Translations under genes and position numbers: made by a program | Part shown: one piece after another, positions 26,085-37,732 of the stretch | Layout of the letters: every line of letters starts with the position of its first letter | How positions within the stretch are numbered: the first letter of the stretch is position 1 | Notes under the pieces: model-generated | Database searches by the model: none | The model's input: the letters and a program-made list of their open reading frames with translations, nothing else | What the model was told of the DNA's origin: nothing | Source of the DNA: Proteromonas lacertae | Lineage: Eukaryota | Length of the DNA: 47,085 nt | Assembly (NCBI GenBank): GCA_002245135.1 | Contig: NGBS01000027.1 | Coordinates: 62,001-109,085, forward strand | Reading direction: 5' to 3'

Positions 26085-26386
26085 ATATTGTAATGAGTGA
26101 GAATGTGTTAAATGTGATTATAGAAAGATTAAATCATTATAAACCATTAGAAAATATGAATATATCAGGAAATGAATTAAATGAAAGAGAATTGAGGTTA
26201 ATGAAAGAAAATAAAGAAGTATTTGATTGTTTAGATGAATTATCAATAACAGTGAAAGAGAATATAGATAAATCAAAATTGAAATCATTTTTAGAAACAT
26301 TTACATCAATTGGAATAATGAAAATAGATGGAATTGGAGAAGATGAGAAGAAAGATATATCAAAATATTATTTGAATATTAAGTAA
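26085..26386 (+). pseudogene. Orphan paralog of the last exon of the pseudokinase-LRR gene
   Basis: Translation aligns end to end with 18313-18606 (shared ELSIT.KE..DKS.LKSFLETF.SIGI.K.DGI...NIK*); retains an acceptor AG at 26083-26084 but no upstream LRR exons. Confidence 0.75.
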
Positions 26387-26441
26387 TTGAATTAATAAAT
26401 GTTTTTGTTGGGTAGAAATGATAATAATATTAAAAAATAAA

Positions 26442-26795
26442 GATTTAGATTTGTTAGTTGCTTATCATGAAAAGAAAGAACTACCTCCTGAAATTGAAGG
26501 ATGTAAATTAGTTGAATCGTGTGATGATAATATGTTAGGTTCAATTGAGTAAATTTGAAAAAAATATAAAAAGTGATATTTTTAATATTAAAATGTTGTA
26601 TTATGATGATGATAATTTTGAGTAATAAAAAGTGGTAATTTATAAGAAAAGAATGATGAATAAAAAGAAAAAAATCTCTTCCGGACGGGATTGAACCGTC
26701 GACCTTACGGTTAACAGCCGTACGCTCTAACCAGCTGAGCTACGGAAGATTTGAATTTTATTTTCAATATACATTTATAAACTTTATTTTTCTTT
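26442..26795. repeat. Left arm of nested ~354-bp inverted repeat (inverted copy of LSH 3' end, downstream flank and tRNA-Asn)
   Basis: Reverse complement of 27006-27359 with only a few substitutions. Confidence 0.93.
26676..26749 (-). tRNA. tRNA-Asn (GTT)
   Basis: Exact reverse complement of 27052-27125; full cloverleaf. Confidence 0.97.
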
Positions 26796-27005
26796 TTATA
26801 AATGAGATTAATATATTCATAATAATAGTACATCAACTTGTTTACGATTATCATTAACCCAATATTTGAAGAAAATAAAGAATTAATGGCTATTGAAGAT
26901 AAAGATAAGGTATCTTGCTAAGAATTCATTTTGAAATTTTGTTGTGTTGTTATAAATAACTTAATATAAATGATATAGTGGTTTCTTCATCTTAAATAAA
27001 GAAAT

Positions 27006-27359
27006 AAAGAAAAATAAAGTTTATAAAAGCATATTGAAAATAAAATTCAAATCTTCCGTAGCTCAGCTGGTTAGAGCGTACGGCTGTTAACCGTAAGGTC
27101 GACGGTTCAATCCCGTCCGGAAGAGATTTTTTTCTTTTTATTCATCATTCTTTTCTTATAAATCACCACTTTTTATTATTTAAAATTATCATCATCATAA
27201 TACAACATTTTAATATTAAAAATATCACTTTTTATATTTTTTTCAAATTTACTCAATTGAACCTAACATATTATCATCACATGATTCAACTAATTTACAT
27301 CCTTCAATTTCAGGAGGTAGTTCTTTCTTTTCGTGATAAGCAACTAACAAATCTAAATC
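27006..27359. repeat. Right arm of nested inverted repeat
   Basis: Pairs with 26442-26795 across a ~210-bp spacer. Confidence 0.93.
27052..27125 (+). tRNA. tRNA-Asn (GTT)
   Basis: Acceptor TCTTCCG/CGGAAGA, D arm GCTC/GAGC, anticodon stem TACGG/CCGTA with loop CTGTTAA, T arm GACGG-TTCAATC-CCGTC; T-run (Pol III terminator) follows. Confidence 0.97.
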
Positions 27360-29302
27360 ACTATCACTAATCTCCTTTGGATCTTCTACATTCTCTACTT
27401 CATTATTTAAACTAGGTATAATCAATGATATTAAAGTATTCTTCTTCTTTTCTGTATTAGATTTACCAATAATAATCTGCTGCCAAATCCTTTTTCTTTT
27501 GCGCAACATTATACATCCTAGTATCAATTGAATTCCTAGTTAATAATCTATATATAACCACAGGTTTAGTTTGACCATATCGATGACATCGATCTATTGC
27601 TTGAATATCTTCTTGAGGATTCCAATCATTATCATAAATAATAACGGTGTCAGCACTTGATAGATTAATGCCAATACCACCAGCTCTTGTACTTACTAAG
27701 AAGATAAAACAATCATTATTATTGTTATAACTATCTATTATTGACTGTCTAGTGGATGCAGTAACAGAACCATCTAATCTTACATAACTATATCCTTTAT
27801 AATTCAACAAATCTTCAATACAATCTAATACTCTTGTCATTTGAGAGAATATCAACACTTTATGATTATATTTCCTTAATAATAATAATAATTTGTTTAA
27901 TAATATGAATTTACCACAATCGTTGATTAGATTATCATCTGTTTTGTTTTGATTATTAGTTTCTCGTTCATGTATAAGATATGGATGGTTTATACACTTT
28001 CTTAAATCCATTACCAAGTTTCTCAATATATTTGAGTTAATTTGTAATTTCTGTTGTTGGATTAATGTAATAAAATTATCTTTTTCATATAACATCTTAA
28101 TTAAATCATTTTGATAAGGAGAAGTATTACAATATAACAAATACTCTCTTTTCGTTGGTAATGGAGTGTTTATATCTGATTTTATTCTTCTAAGGAAAAA
28201 TGGACCAATTACCTTACGTAATTTATCAATCATTTGCTGTTTGATCATATCATTTTCACCTTCATATCTACTGAAATCAAAACTATATAATATTATATAT
28301 ATATATAATATTATTATTATTACAATACCTTTCCAAAAATAGATTAACATCTCTGAATATTTCAGGTAATAGAAAGTGTAATAATGACCACAATTCCGTC
28401 AAATTATTCTGTAACGGTGTTCCTGTTAATAATAATCTATTCGTTACACTTAAATCAGTATTACAATATTCACACAATGTAAAAAGACACTGGTGAAGTT
28501 GAGAATTGGAATTTTTAATTCTATGAGCTTCATCTACTACTACATAGATGAAATTTAATACACTCAATTTCCTATAACAATTAATAAATATTTATACTTT
28601 GAATATTGTTTGAGAGTTTCATAAGATGTTAATACAACAGGAAAATTCTTTGTTTTATAAGTTTTTAGTTTTTTATATAATTCTTTCTTATAGTTAATAT
28701 CACCATAAAATTTCACTGTTGGAAGTGCTGGAGCCCATTTTGCAAACTCATTTAACCAATTATCTAATGTTGATACTGGTACAACTATTAATACTGGTCC
28801 CCAAACTTGTACTTCTCTTAAATGTGCTAAAAATCCAATTACTTGTATTGTTTTACCTAATCCCATCTCATCTGCTAATAATCCATTTGATCCACTTTCA
28901 TATAATCTGTTTAACCAATTTATACCTTTTAACTGATGTGGATAAAGACTATAAAATGTATATATGAGGGAAAAAAAGAAATATACATTCCTCCTGTTAA
29001 CAAAGAAGGTTGTCTATCTATAATTGTAGATTCATCTGACACTAAAATATTCTCTATTGCTTCAGAATATGTTAATGCTGCTGTTACTAATTGATTGGCA
29101 ACTTCATTTGTCTGACTGGTTGTATTATTCTGTGCCTTAGAAGTAAATTCCGCTTTATCAATATCATCAACTGAATCAACAACACTAGTTGGACTTAAAT
29201 GAACTACTTTTCTTGTTTTACTAGGTTTAATCTCTTCATCCTATTATAATAAAAATAACATAATACTGTGCGTCTTTTTATTTTCACTACAAATTGATCC
29301 AT
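27249..29302 (-). CDS. HELLS: SNF2-family chromatin remodeler, LSH/HELLS/DDM1/Irc5 type (apparent +1 G frameshift near 27483)
   Basis: [102 protein letters not shown]; tail IIIGK...ISDSDLDLL; no HAND-SANT-SLIDE, chromo or bromo domain. SNF2 family certain, subfamily by recall. Confidence 0.82.
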
Positions 29303-29316
29303 TCAGAAATTATTTA

Positions 29317-29350
29317 TTTGGCGCGAAAATGATACTTTTTCGCTCCAAAA
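29317..29350. promoter_or_regulatory. Candidate E2F sites (TTTGGCGCGAAAA and degenerate TTTTCGCTCCAAAA) just upstream of LSH
   Basis: Match to the E2F consensus TTTSSCGC on both strands, 15 bp from the ATG, in a CpG-poor background. Confidence 0.55.
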
Positions 29351-29498
29351 CATTTTATAGATTTACGTTGTATATATTATTCTATAATAAGGACATACCA
29401 ACAAAAAAGGTAAAAACATAACTCTTCTAACATTAATTAAATTTAATGATATAAATATTATTAGTTTTCAAAGTATAAATGCTTTTAATAAATTATAA

Positions 29499-29744
29499 TC
29501 ATTTCTGTGACCTTTCTATTGCAAGAACAAACTCTCTAAAACCAATCTTCCCATCTTTATTCAAATCTGCGTAGTGCATAATATCATTAATTGCTTTTGG
29601 ATCTGGATTAATTCCAACCATTTCACACATTGGTCTTAATTCTTTGGCATCAATAAATCTAAACAAAAAATGTAAATATAAACTATACCCATTGTTATTA
29701 ATATCAAAAGAATCAAATACTTTTTTCATTTTCTCTTGACTCAT
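29499..29744 (-). CDS. Small two-EF-hand calmodulin-like protein
   Basis: Loops DINNNGFIDAKE (after removing a 30-nt in-frame intron) and DLNKDGKIGFRE. Confidence 0.85.
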   Translation of the reverse strand: MSQEKMKKVFDSFDINNNGYSLYLHFLFRFIDAKELRPMCEMVGINPDPKAINDIMHYADLNKDGKIGFREFVLAIERSQK

Positions 29745-29969
29745 TATAGAATAGAATTAATGTTAATAATTAGAACAAAAAAGAAAAAATAAAATAAACC
29801 AATTATATCAAACTTTCAGCTTGAAAATCTATAATGAATAATAATAAAAAAATATCGCATGATATGATTTTTTACACAAAATAATATATTATATAGAAAT
29901 GTTAGATTGTAGCATCTTTTCCTAGAGGAAATACATATTTATGAAACAAAATGTAAAACATTTATATTT

Positions 29970-30269
29970 ATTCAATATTAAAATAATCTTTTGATAATAT
30001 CTTTCTTCTCATCTTCTCCAATTCCATCTATTTTCATTATTCCAATTGATGTAAATGTTTCTAAAAATGATTTCAATTCTGATTTATCTATATTCTCTTT
30101 CACTGTTATTAATAATTCATCTAAACAATCAAATACTTCTTATTTCTTTCATTAACCTCAATTCTCTTTCATTTAATTCATTTCCTGATATATTCATATT
30201 TTCTAATGGTTTATAATGATTTAATCTTTCTATAATCACATTTAACACATTCACATTCATTACCAATAT
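29970..30269 (-). pseudogene. Second, frameshifted copy of the orphan LRR last exon
   Basis: Mirror of 26085-26386 with several indels; no ORF called. Confidence 0.7.
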
Positions 30270-30354
30270 CTATTCAAATATAAAATTATATTATTTTATC
30301 ATAAAAGTTATATCAAGTATTAAAAAACAACTAAATACAAACATAATTTTTTAA

Positions 30355-31425
30355 TTAAACTATTTCCAACTTCGATAAATATTTCAATACTTCACTTGGA
30401 TAGTATTTTTCTCCTCCATTTAAATAACTATCATCATAAGGAGAATTTAATACTTTCTCTATCCAATATAAAGGAATATTATCTAACTTATTATAACAAC
30501 CTATTATTCCACCTACTATACAACAATTTGTATCACTATCTCCACCTAGTTTTAATACAAATTTCATACTTTTCTCATAATCAAATTTATGATTTAAACA
30601 GTAAATACTCAATACAAACCCATATTTTATATAACCATTATGTTCATTCACATTTATTTTTAATTCTTCTTCCATTCCTTCTAATATCCATTCTAAACAT
30701 ATATCATAATCATGTAATTTACAATAATCTTTTAATTCATTCAATATTATATTTATTCTTTCATCATCATTATCATTTTCACTACTCTTAATTATTTCAC
30801 TTATACATATATTATATACACTACAAACTTCTTTACATATTTCATTATTGTGAGTTATTCCACTGTCTAATCGACTATATTTATCGATTATTTCTTTACT
30901 TTCATTATAATACCAAACTCCTATTATATTACATCTCATTAAACAACCATTTGATTTACTTTTATTCTTCTTTATATCTCGATTATTTATTATCTCCATT
31001 ATTTCATTATCATCTCTAAATTCCATTTCATCAAATTCACTTAAACTATTCTTCGTTGTTATTCCTAAATCAGGAGGATTACTTTTATACCATTCATTAT
31101 AACTTTTACATATTTCATGTAAAGGATAAACATTTCTTTCATTCTTATATAAATTATATAATATGCACATCATCATCTCACTATCATCAGTTATTTGACC
31201 GGCACCTCTACCACTAACACTACCTTTGGGAAATTCACAAGCTAACTTCATTTCTTCTTCATTCATTGGAGGAGTTTTCAATTCCCAATATGATCCAAAT
31301 GCATCTCCTACCATTGAACCAAACACACTTCCTAAAATACTCTTGCTTTTCAATTTTACTGATTTCGATGATGATAATGATGACAAAGGAGGAAAAGATT
31401 GTAATAGATTTTTTAATTTTATCAT
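30355..31425 (-). CDS. ADP-ribosylglycohydrolase, copy 2
   Basis: 356 aa, differs from copy 1 only at residue 6 (S/N) by visual comparison. Confidence 0.93.
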   Translation of the reverse strand: MIKLKNLLQSFPPLSSLSSSKSVKLKSKSILGSVFGSMVGDAFGSYWELKTPPMNEEEMKLACEFPKGSVSGRGAGQITDDSEMMMCILYNLYKNERNVYPLHEICKSYNEWYKSNPPDLGITTKNSLSEFDEMEFRDDNEIMEIINNRDIKKNKSKSNGCLMRCNIIGVWYYNESKEIIDKYSRLDSGITHNNEICKEVCSVYNICISEIIKSSENDNDDERINIILNELKDYCKLHDYDICLEWILEGMEEELKINVNEHNGYIKYGFVLSIYCLNHKFDYEKSMKFVLKLGGDSDTNCCIVGGIIGCYNKLDNIPLYWIEKVLNSPYDDSYLNGGEKYYPSEVLKYLSKLEIV

Positions 31426-31575
31426 AGTTAATTGATTTATTGATTTATGATAATTTATTCAAAAAATAATTTAATTTCAAAATTATATGGGTTTCATTAA
31501 CAAAAAATGGAATTTCACAGTGAATGACAATAGAAATGTAGAAATCCTGTGTGACACTTAATCTGCTAAAGAATT

Positions 31576-34526
31576 ATGAATTCAGAAAATCATTTTTGTA
31601 AAGCTTGTGGAAGAATATTAGCCAGTAAGTGCTTTAGTAAAAAGCAGCTTAAGAAGAAGAACGAGTGTAGATGTAATGAATGTATTGCTGAAGGTCGAGA
31701 AGTGATTTTTGAATCAGCCAGTGTAAGTTCTACGTCAGTTCCACAACCACCTCCAGCTCCTGTTAATGGTGTAGAAAGAAATGTTGCTGTTGGACTTCCT
31801 TCAAGCACAAGATTGTGTAATGAAACAAAATCATCTGAAATTGAAAGTAAAACTAATGTTTTACCGAGTAGTAGTGTTAGTGGCAGTGTTAGTGGCAGTG
31901 TATCAGCAATTGGTCGTATGATCGAAAGTCCTTTTCCAAAGTTTGTTAATCATATCAGTTTAGGTCAAAAATTTGAAGTGATAAGTAACCGATTTAAAGT
32001 GAATATCAGAAAAAGTGATGTTGTAATTTACAGTTATGATGTAAAGATGAGTGATGAAAGAGATGAAGAGCATTTCCCAAAGACATTAAAGATGAATATT
32101 TGGAGTGTATGTAAAAGTGAAATTGAAAGAGAAATGAATATAGGAAATGGTTTAAAGCTGTATTATAATGGAGATAAGATGTTATACAGTAATGTAAGAT
32201 TAAATGAAACATCATTAGAGAATAGGCGAATAACCTTAATTGAAGGAAATAATCACAATCGAATAGTTAATGTGAAATTAAGTGATACAAATCAAGTGAT
32301 AGATTTGAATATGATAAATGAATATGGTGTAAGAATGAATGGAATCCCTGAATTGGAGATGAGTGTATTATCCAATATCTTACGAGATTATGAGAAAAGT
32401 AGATATTTAGATATAGGAAATGGATTTTATGATATGAATAGAATGAATATGAAGAGTATAGGAAAAGGTTTATCAATATGTACAGGTGGATTTAATATGG
32501 GATTACATATTAGTGATATTGGTTTAACATTGAATATATGTCCAACATGTAGTGTGTTTATTGATGATTGTAGTGTATTAGAAATATTTAAGAAAGTTGT
32601 GAATATTGATGATTTAAGAGGATTTGGAAGAGGATTAAACAATAATGAATTGAAAGATTTATTAAAAATATTGAAAGGAACAACAATTGAATGTAATCAT
32701 CAAGGATTTTGTCGAAAGTATAAAATCAAGAATATCTCCAATTTAAATGCAATTACTACACAGTATATATATAATAATAATTATTATTATATGTTAAACA
32801 GATTTGCAATTGATGGAAATATGATAAATGTGAATGACTATTTTAATAATACTTATAATATTAGATTATCATATCCAAATCTTCCATTATTAATCTTACA
32901 GAATAATTGTAGTATGCCAATGGAAGTATGTAAGATTGAAAGTAATCAAAGATATACCAAGAAGTTAACACCTTATGAACAAGCTGAGATGATAAAAGCC
33001 AGTGCATTTAAACCTGATATATTAAGAAGAAAGATCGAAAATATCAGTAATAATAATGTTGGAATATATAATGCAATAAACAATGATTTATCAACAAGAA
33101 TAGAAAGAGAAATGATAAAAGTATAAATCTATATTGTTTATATATGTTATTAATAGTGTGAAGCTCATCATCTTCCATCTCCATCCATTCATTTCAATAA
33201 TACTGATATTAAACCAAATAATGGAAGTTATAATCTGAAAGATGTGAAATTATATAAAGGAATAACAATAGTATATAATATTATATGATGATTATTATGA
33301 TGATAGAAATCTTGGAAAATATTCAATTGTGATTATAGAAATTCTAATAGAATTGGTAAAATAATGTCTGATTTGATAAATACAGGTAGAAAAATGAATA
33401 TGTCGTTACCAAATGATATGAGAGTGATAAATGTTGATATAAGAGATATGAATAATATATGCAGAAGTATTGATAAAGAAATGAAGAAAGACAATCCTGA
33501 ATTGATAATAGTGTTTATTCCAAATGAAGATATGGAGTTGTATAAGATAATAAAGATGAGTTGTGATGTTATACATGGAGTATTAAGTCAAGTATTAATA
33601 CCTTCGAAAGCTTTGAAAGGTGGTATTCAATATTTAGCGAATATAATAATCAAGTTAAATCTTAAATGTGGAGGTATGAATTACTGTACAAAATCTCCAG
33701 GAACTATTAAGAATCCAATAGTATATATATATATTAATATATTAATAATAGAGAGAAAAAGAACAATGCTTGTTGGTGGTGATGTTTGTCATCCAAAACA
33801 AAAGAGTGAAATGAAATCCATCGCTTGTGTAGTTTGTTCAATGGATGAAGATGGTGTTAAATATGTAAGTGAAGTGAGATATCAAGATAGTGGAAATGAG
33901 ATAATCAGTGAATTGGAAGATATGTTAAAAGTATTATTTACTGATTATTTAAAGAATAACAGAGGAATATTACCTGAAAGAATAATATTTGAAAGAGATG
34001 GAGTAAGTGAATCTCAGAATATAACATTAACAGAAACTGAAATTCCAAGTACAAAAGAGCGATGGAAGAAATCTTTGGAAAAGACAAAAGAATAGAATTG
34101 ACTTATTTGATAGTAAATAAACGTCATCACACTAGATTCTTTAGTGATGTTCAATCAACAATTGATAAAAACCACAATATAATAAGTGGAACAGTGATAG
34201 ATAATACAATAATTGATAAGAATCGATTTCAATTCTACTTATCAAGTCAAAACAGTTTCCAAGGAACAGTACATCCAGCTTGTTACACTGTTTTATATGA
34301 AGATAAACATTGGAATGAGAATGAGTTGAGTTTATTAATCTATTGGGAATGTTATTTGTTTAATCGATGTACAAAATGTATATCTATTCCTCCCTGTGTG
34401 AAATATGCTGATTTATGTGCTTACAGATATAGATTATTATCAACAGTGAAAGTAAACAATGTAGAAACAACAGATACTTCAATAGTAGTTAATCCAAGAA
34501 TCAGAAAATCAATGTATTTCTCATAA
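31576..34526 (+). CDS. AGO: Argonaute with Stc1-like Zn finger, copy 2 (~935 aa; -1 A frameshift near 34053)
   Basis: Introns 32763-32801, 33121-33156, 33271-33306, 33721-33751/33753; same domain motifs as copy 1. Confidence 0.95.
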
Positions 34527-34615
34527 AACTCATTCTAACATTTTATATTCTTATATTCTCATTATCATCATCATATTTATGTGTTTTTATGAAATAATAC
34601 AAAAACAAAAGAATA

Positions 34616-35749
34616 TTATACACAATATATTAGTGATTTATCATTTTCAAACATGATCAAATGAAGATTATTATCTTCAACTTCTTCTTCTTTCTTAATA
34701 TATTGACAATTTAATCCTTTTAAACAAATATCATTATTCAATCCATATAATGACAATAAATAATATGATAAATGTTTGGAGTTTATAATCTTATTCAATA
34801 TACTCATTAAACATTCAATAAATACATACGAAAATACTCCTTTACATTTCATATGTATTGCATCATCACAATTAGATATATATCCATCTAAGGGATTAAA
34901 AGAAGAAATATAACTATCTTTCTCATTTCCATACAATATATCATCTATATTACATTCAATCATCCCAATATAATCAAGGAGATTGTTTATATTACATATT
35001 TCACTTTCTTGTACTTTCATTGAGTTATTATTATTTAATTCGAATTTTACACTTTCATAATTCGGTATTTCGATTGAATTATATTCTGTTATTGAAAATG
35101 TATTGTAGATTTGTTTGGGTTGGTAATCTGGTGGTATATTCATTGATAAACATTTACCATTTTCTGAGTTTGTATATGACATTATTACTGTTATTTTATT
35201 CATCTATTCATTATTATATTATTATCATATACTCGATCATCAGATAAACTACTTATTAATTTTTCATAAAAGGAATTGTTTAAATGTTTTAAATTGATGA
35301 TTATTACATAATAATTATTGTTTATTTTCTTTCCATCTAATCCAATTGTTTGATAAGAATCTTTGTCTATATACAAATACAGTATTCCATTCACTACATA
35401 AACTGAATTACATGGAGGAGTTGGAGTGTTTATGGAGTATAAAACAAAACAATTGCATGACTTTATATATTCTTCGATAAATTCTTTCTATATACAATTC
35501 ATATACACATTAATATACATTTACAATATAACAGAATGGAACTGTCGCTTTATAGTAGAAAAGTTCTTCAACTAATTCTTTTATATTACACACATCTTCA
35601 ATCAATCCTCGAGGTATAAATACTCCTATCTGAGTGGTTATTTCATGTTTTCTTAACATTTTCTTTGTTTTTACTGACTTTGATAATGAATTTGTTTCTA
35701 AAACAGAATATGATCCACATTTATATTTCTTTGATATTATTTTATTCAT
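34616..35749 (-). CDS. RPP40: RPP40-like, copy 2
   Basis: Mirror of 20589-21721; last exon open. Confidence 0.65.
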
Positions 35750-35817
35750 TTCTATCTATATATAATGAGAAAATGATGATTATTACAATCTATTTTGACA
35801 ATATATTCGTTTAGAAA

Positions 35818-37489
35818 ATGATATTTTTGTTTTTTTGTTTTTTTTATCTATCTGCACTTCTGCTTAAGTGAATCAACACTAAAAATATGGCCCTATCCTA
35901 ATAAATATAGTCGTGGAAATACCGATTTATTTGTTAGAGGTTTTTCTTTTGAATTTAAAAGTGAAATATCCTGTAAAGATTTAGAAGATTCTTTCTCAAG
36001 ATACAAGGCAATAATATTTGGAGAACATGAAGAAGAAGGTGATATTAGTTCTTCTTTTTTAAGTTCTGTTATAGTGAGAGTTGATGATTGTAATGCTGAT
36101 TTACAAGTATTTCAATATTTTGATATGAAAATAATAATAATAATAGATGGGAGTAGATGAGAGTTATTCTTTAAATATCACAGTTTCTCCTCCAAGTGCA
36201 ATAATAGAAGCTTCTACAGTGTATGGTGCATATTATGGATTAGAGACCTTTTCTCAGTTAGTGACATATAACTCAACAAGAAAACAATATATAATTCATG
36301 ACTCACCTTGGATAATCTCTGATAAACCATATTTTGCAGTATTAATTATATAATAAATGTGTATAATAGTATCGAGGAGTATTAATAGATTCAGTTCGTC
36401 ACTTTTTACCCAAAAGAATCTTAAAGAAAGTAATAGACAGTTTAAGTTATGCGAAATTCAATACATTACATTGGCATTTAAGTGATAATCAAGCATTTGT
36501 AGCTGAGATAAAATCTTTACCGAAGTTTTGGGATTCTAGTTATGATAATGCATCAAGATATACACAAGTATAAATAAATAAATAAATTTGTTTTTATTTA
36601 TTTAGAAAGAAATGAAAGATATAATAGAATATGCTCGAAAGAGAGGTATAAGAATAATTCCTGAAATTGATATTCCTGGCCATATGATGTCATGGTGTAA
36701 AGAATGTATAAATTATTAATTATTATATAAATAGATCCTGAAGTATGTCCAAGTGAAACATGTTTAGAACCATTAGATCCAAGTAGTAATTACACAATGC
36801 CTTTATTAAAACAATTATTTGGTGAAATATCTTCATTATTTCCTGATAATTATATTCATTTAGGTGGTGATGAAGTATCAATGAAGTGTTGGAATGAAAC
36901 TCCTCGTATAAAAGAGTGGATGAATAAACATGGATATGATGTAACTGATACTTATAAATATATGGTTGATAATAGTCATAAAATAATATTAAGTAATAAT
37001 AAAAAGACAATGAATTGGGAAGAAGTAGTAACTCATATTCCAAAAGGAATAAATAATACTGAATCAATAATTCAAATCTGGTTAGGTGGAACAAGTACAA
37101 TGTCAATAATCAATCGTGGATTTAATGTGATAATATCAAAGAAATGGTATTTAGATGATTTGAATAACAACTGGGAAGTATTTTATAATAATGATCCATT
37201 AAATGGAATTGATGATAAAGAAAAAGAAAAGAAAGTATTAGGAGGTGAAGCTTGTATGTGGGGTGAAACAGTAGATAGTTCTGTAATATTTAATACAATT
37301 TGGCCAAGAGCAGCAAGTGTAAGTGAAAGATTATGGAGTAATCCAGAGAATTTGAATGTAGAAAAAGCGAAAGATCGATTATTATGGTTTCGATGTTTAT
37401 TGAATGAAAGAGGAATAGAAGCTGCTCCAGTTTTGAATGAAGTTGGCAGAAGTGCTCCAAGTGAAGCTGGTGGATGTTTATGTCAATAA
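35818..37489 (+). CDS. GH20 beta-hexosaminidase, copy 2 (extra T in the signal-peptide T-run)
   Basis: Mirror of 18850-20520 with HLGGDEV. Confidence 0.92.
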
Positions 37490-37732
37490 ATATATTTTAT
37501 ATTAATTGTTTCTTTTCATCTACAGAGATCATTCAGTAAATACGTTTGTATATATACTTCCAACTTGACCAACAGATTAACCACACACAATAATAAGATA
37601 TAACATTGAATTATTCTATTCAAACTGAATATAAGTGTGAAAATTATAAAATACAACAAAATACACACTCCTCAAACCATAAAAGCTTGACATTATTTTT
37701 TCAAAATTTACATTATTAACTCAGAATTTCAG

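Larger units (their letters stand above)
9351..26410. repeat. Left arm of a >=17-kb inverted segmental duplication
   Basis: Base 9351 (ttatacacca) is the reverse complement of the window end 47085; all genes recur in mirror order; similarity decays near 26400. The outer limit cannot be set because the partner arm leaves the window. Confidence 0.97.

Noticed and set aside
26442..27359. MITE/SINE or other transposon
   Set aside because: The arms are host LSH coding sequence plus an intact tRNA; no transposase, target-site duplication or poly(A) tail seen.
26410..29955. S. pombe-like centromere (inverted arms, tRNAs, central core)
   Set aside because: The spacer and arms are filled with ordinary protein-coding genes and lack satellite or gene-free core; the nearby CENP-S gene says nothing about centromere position.
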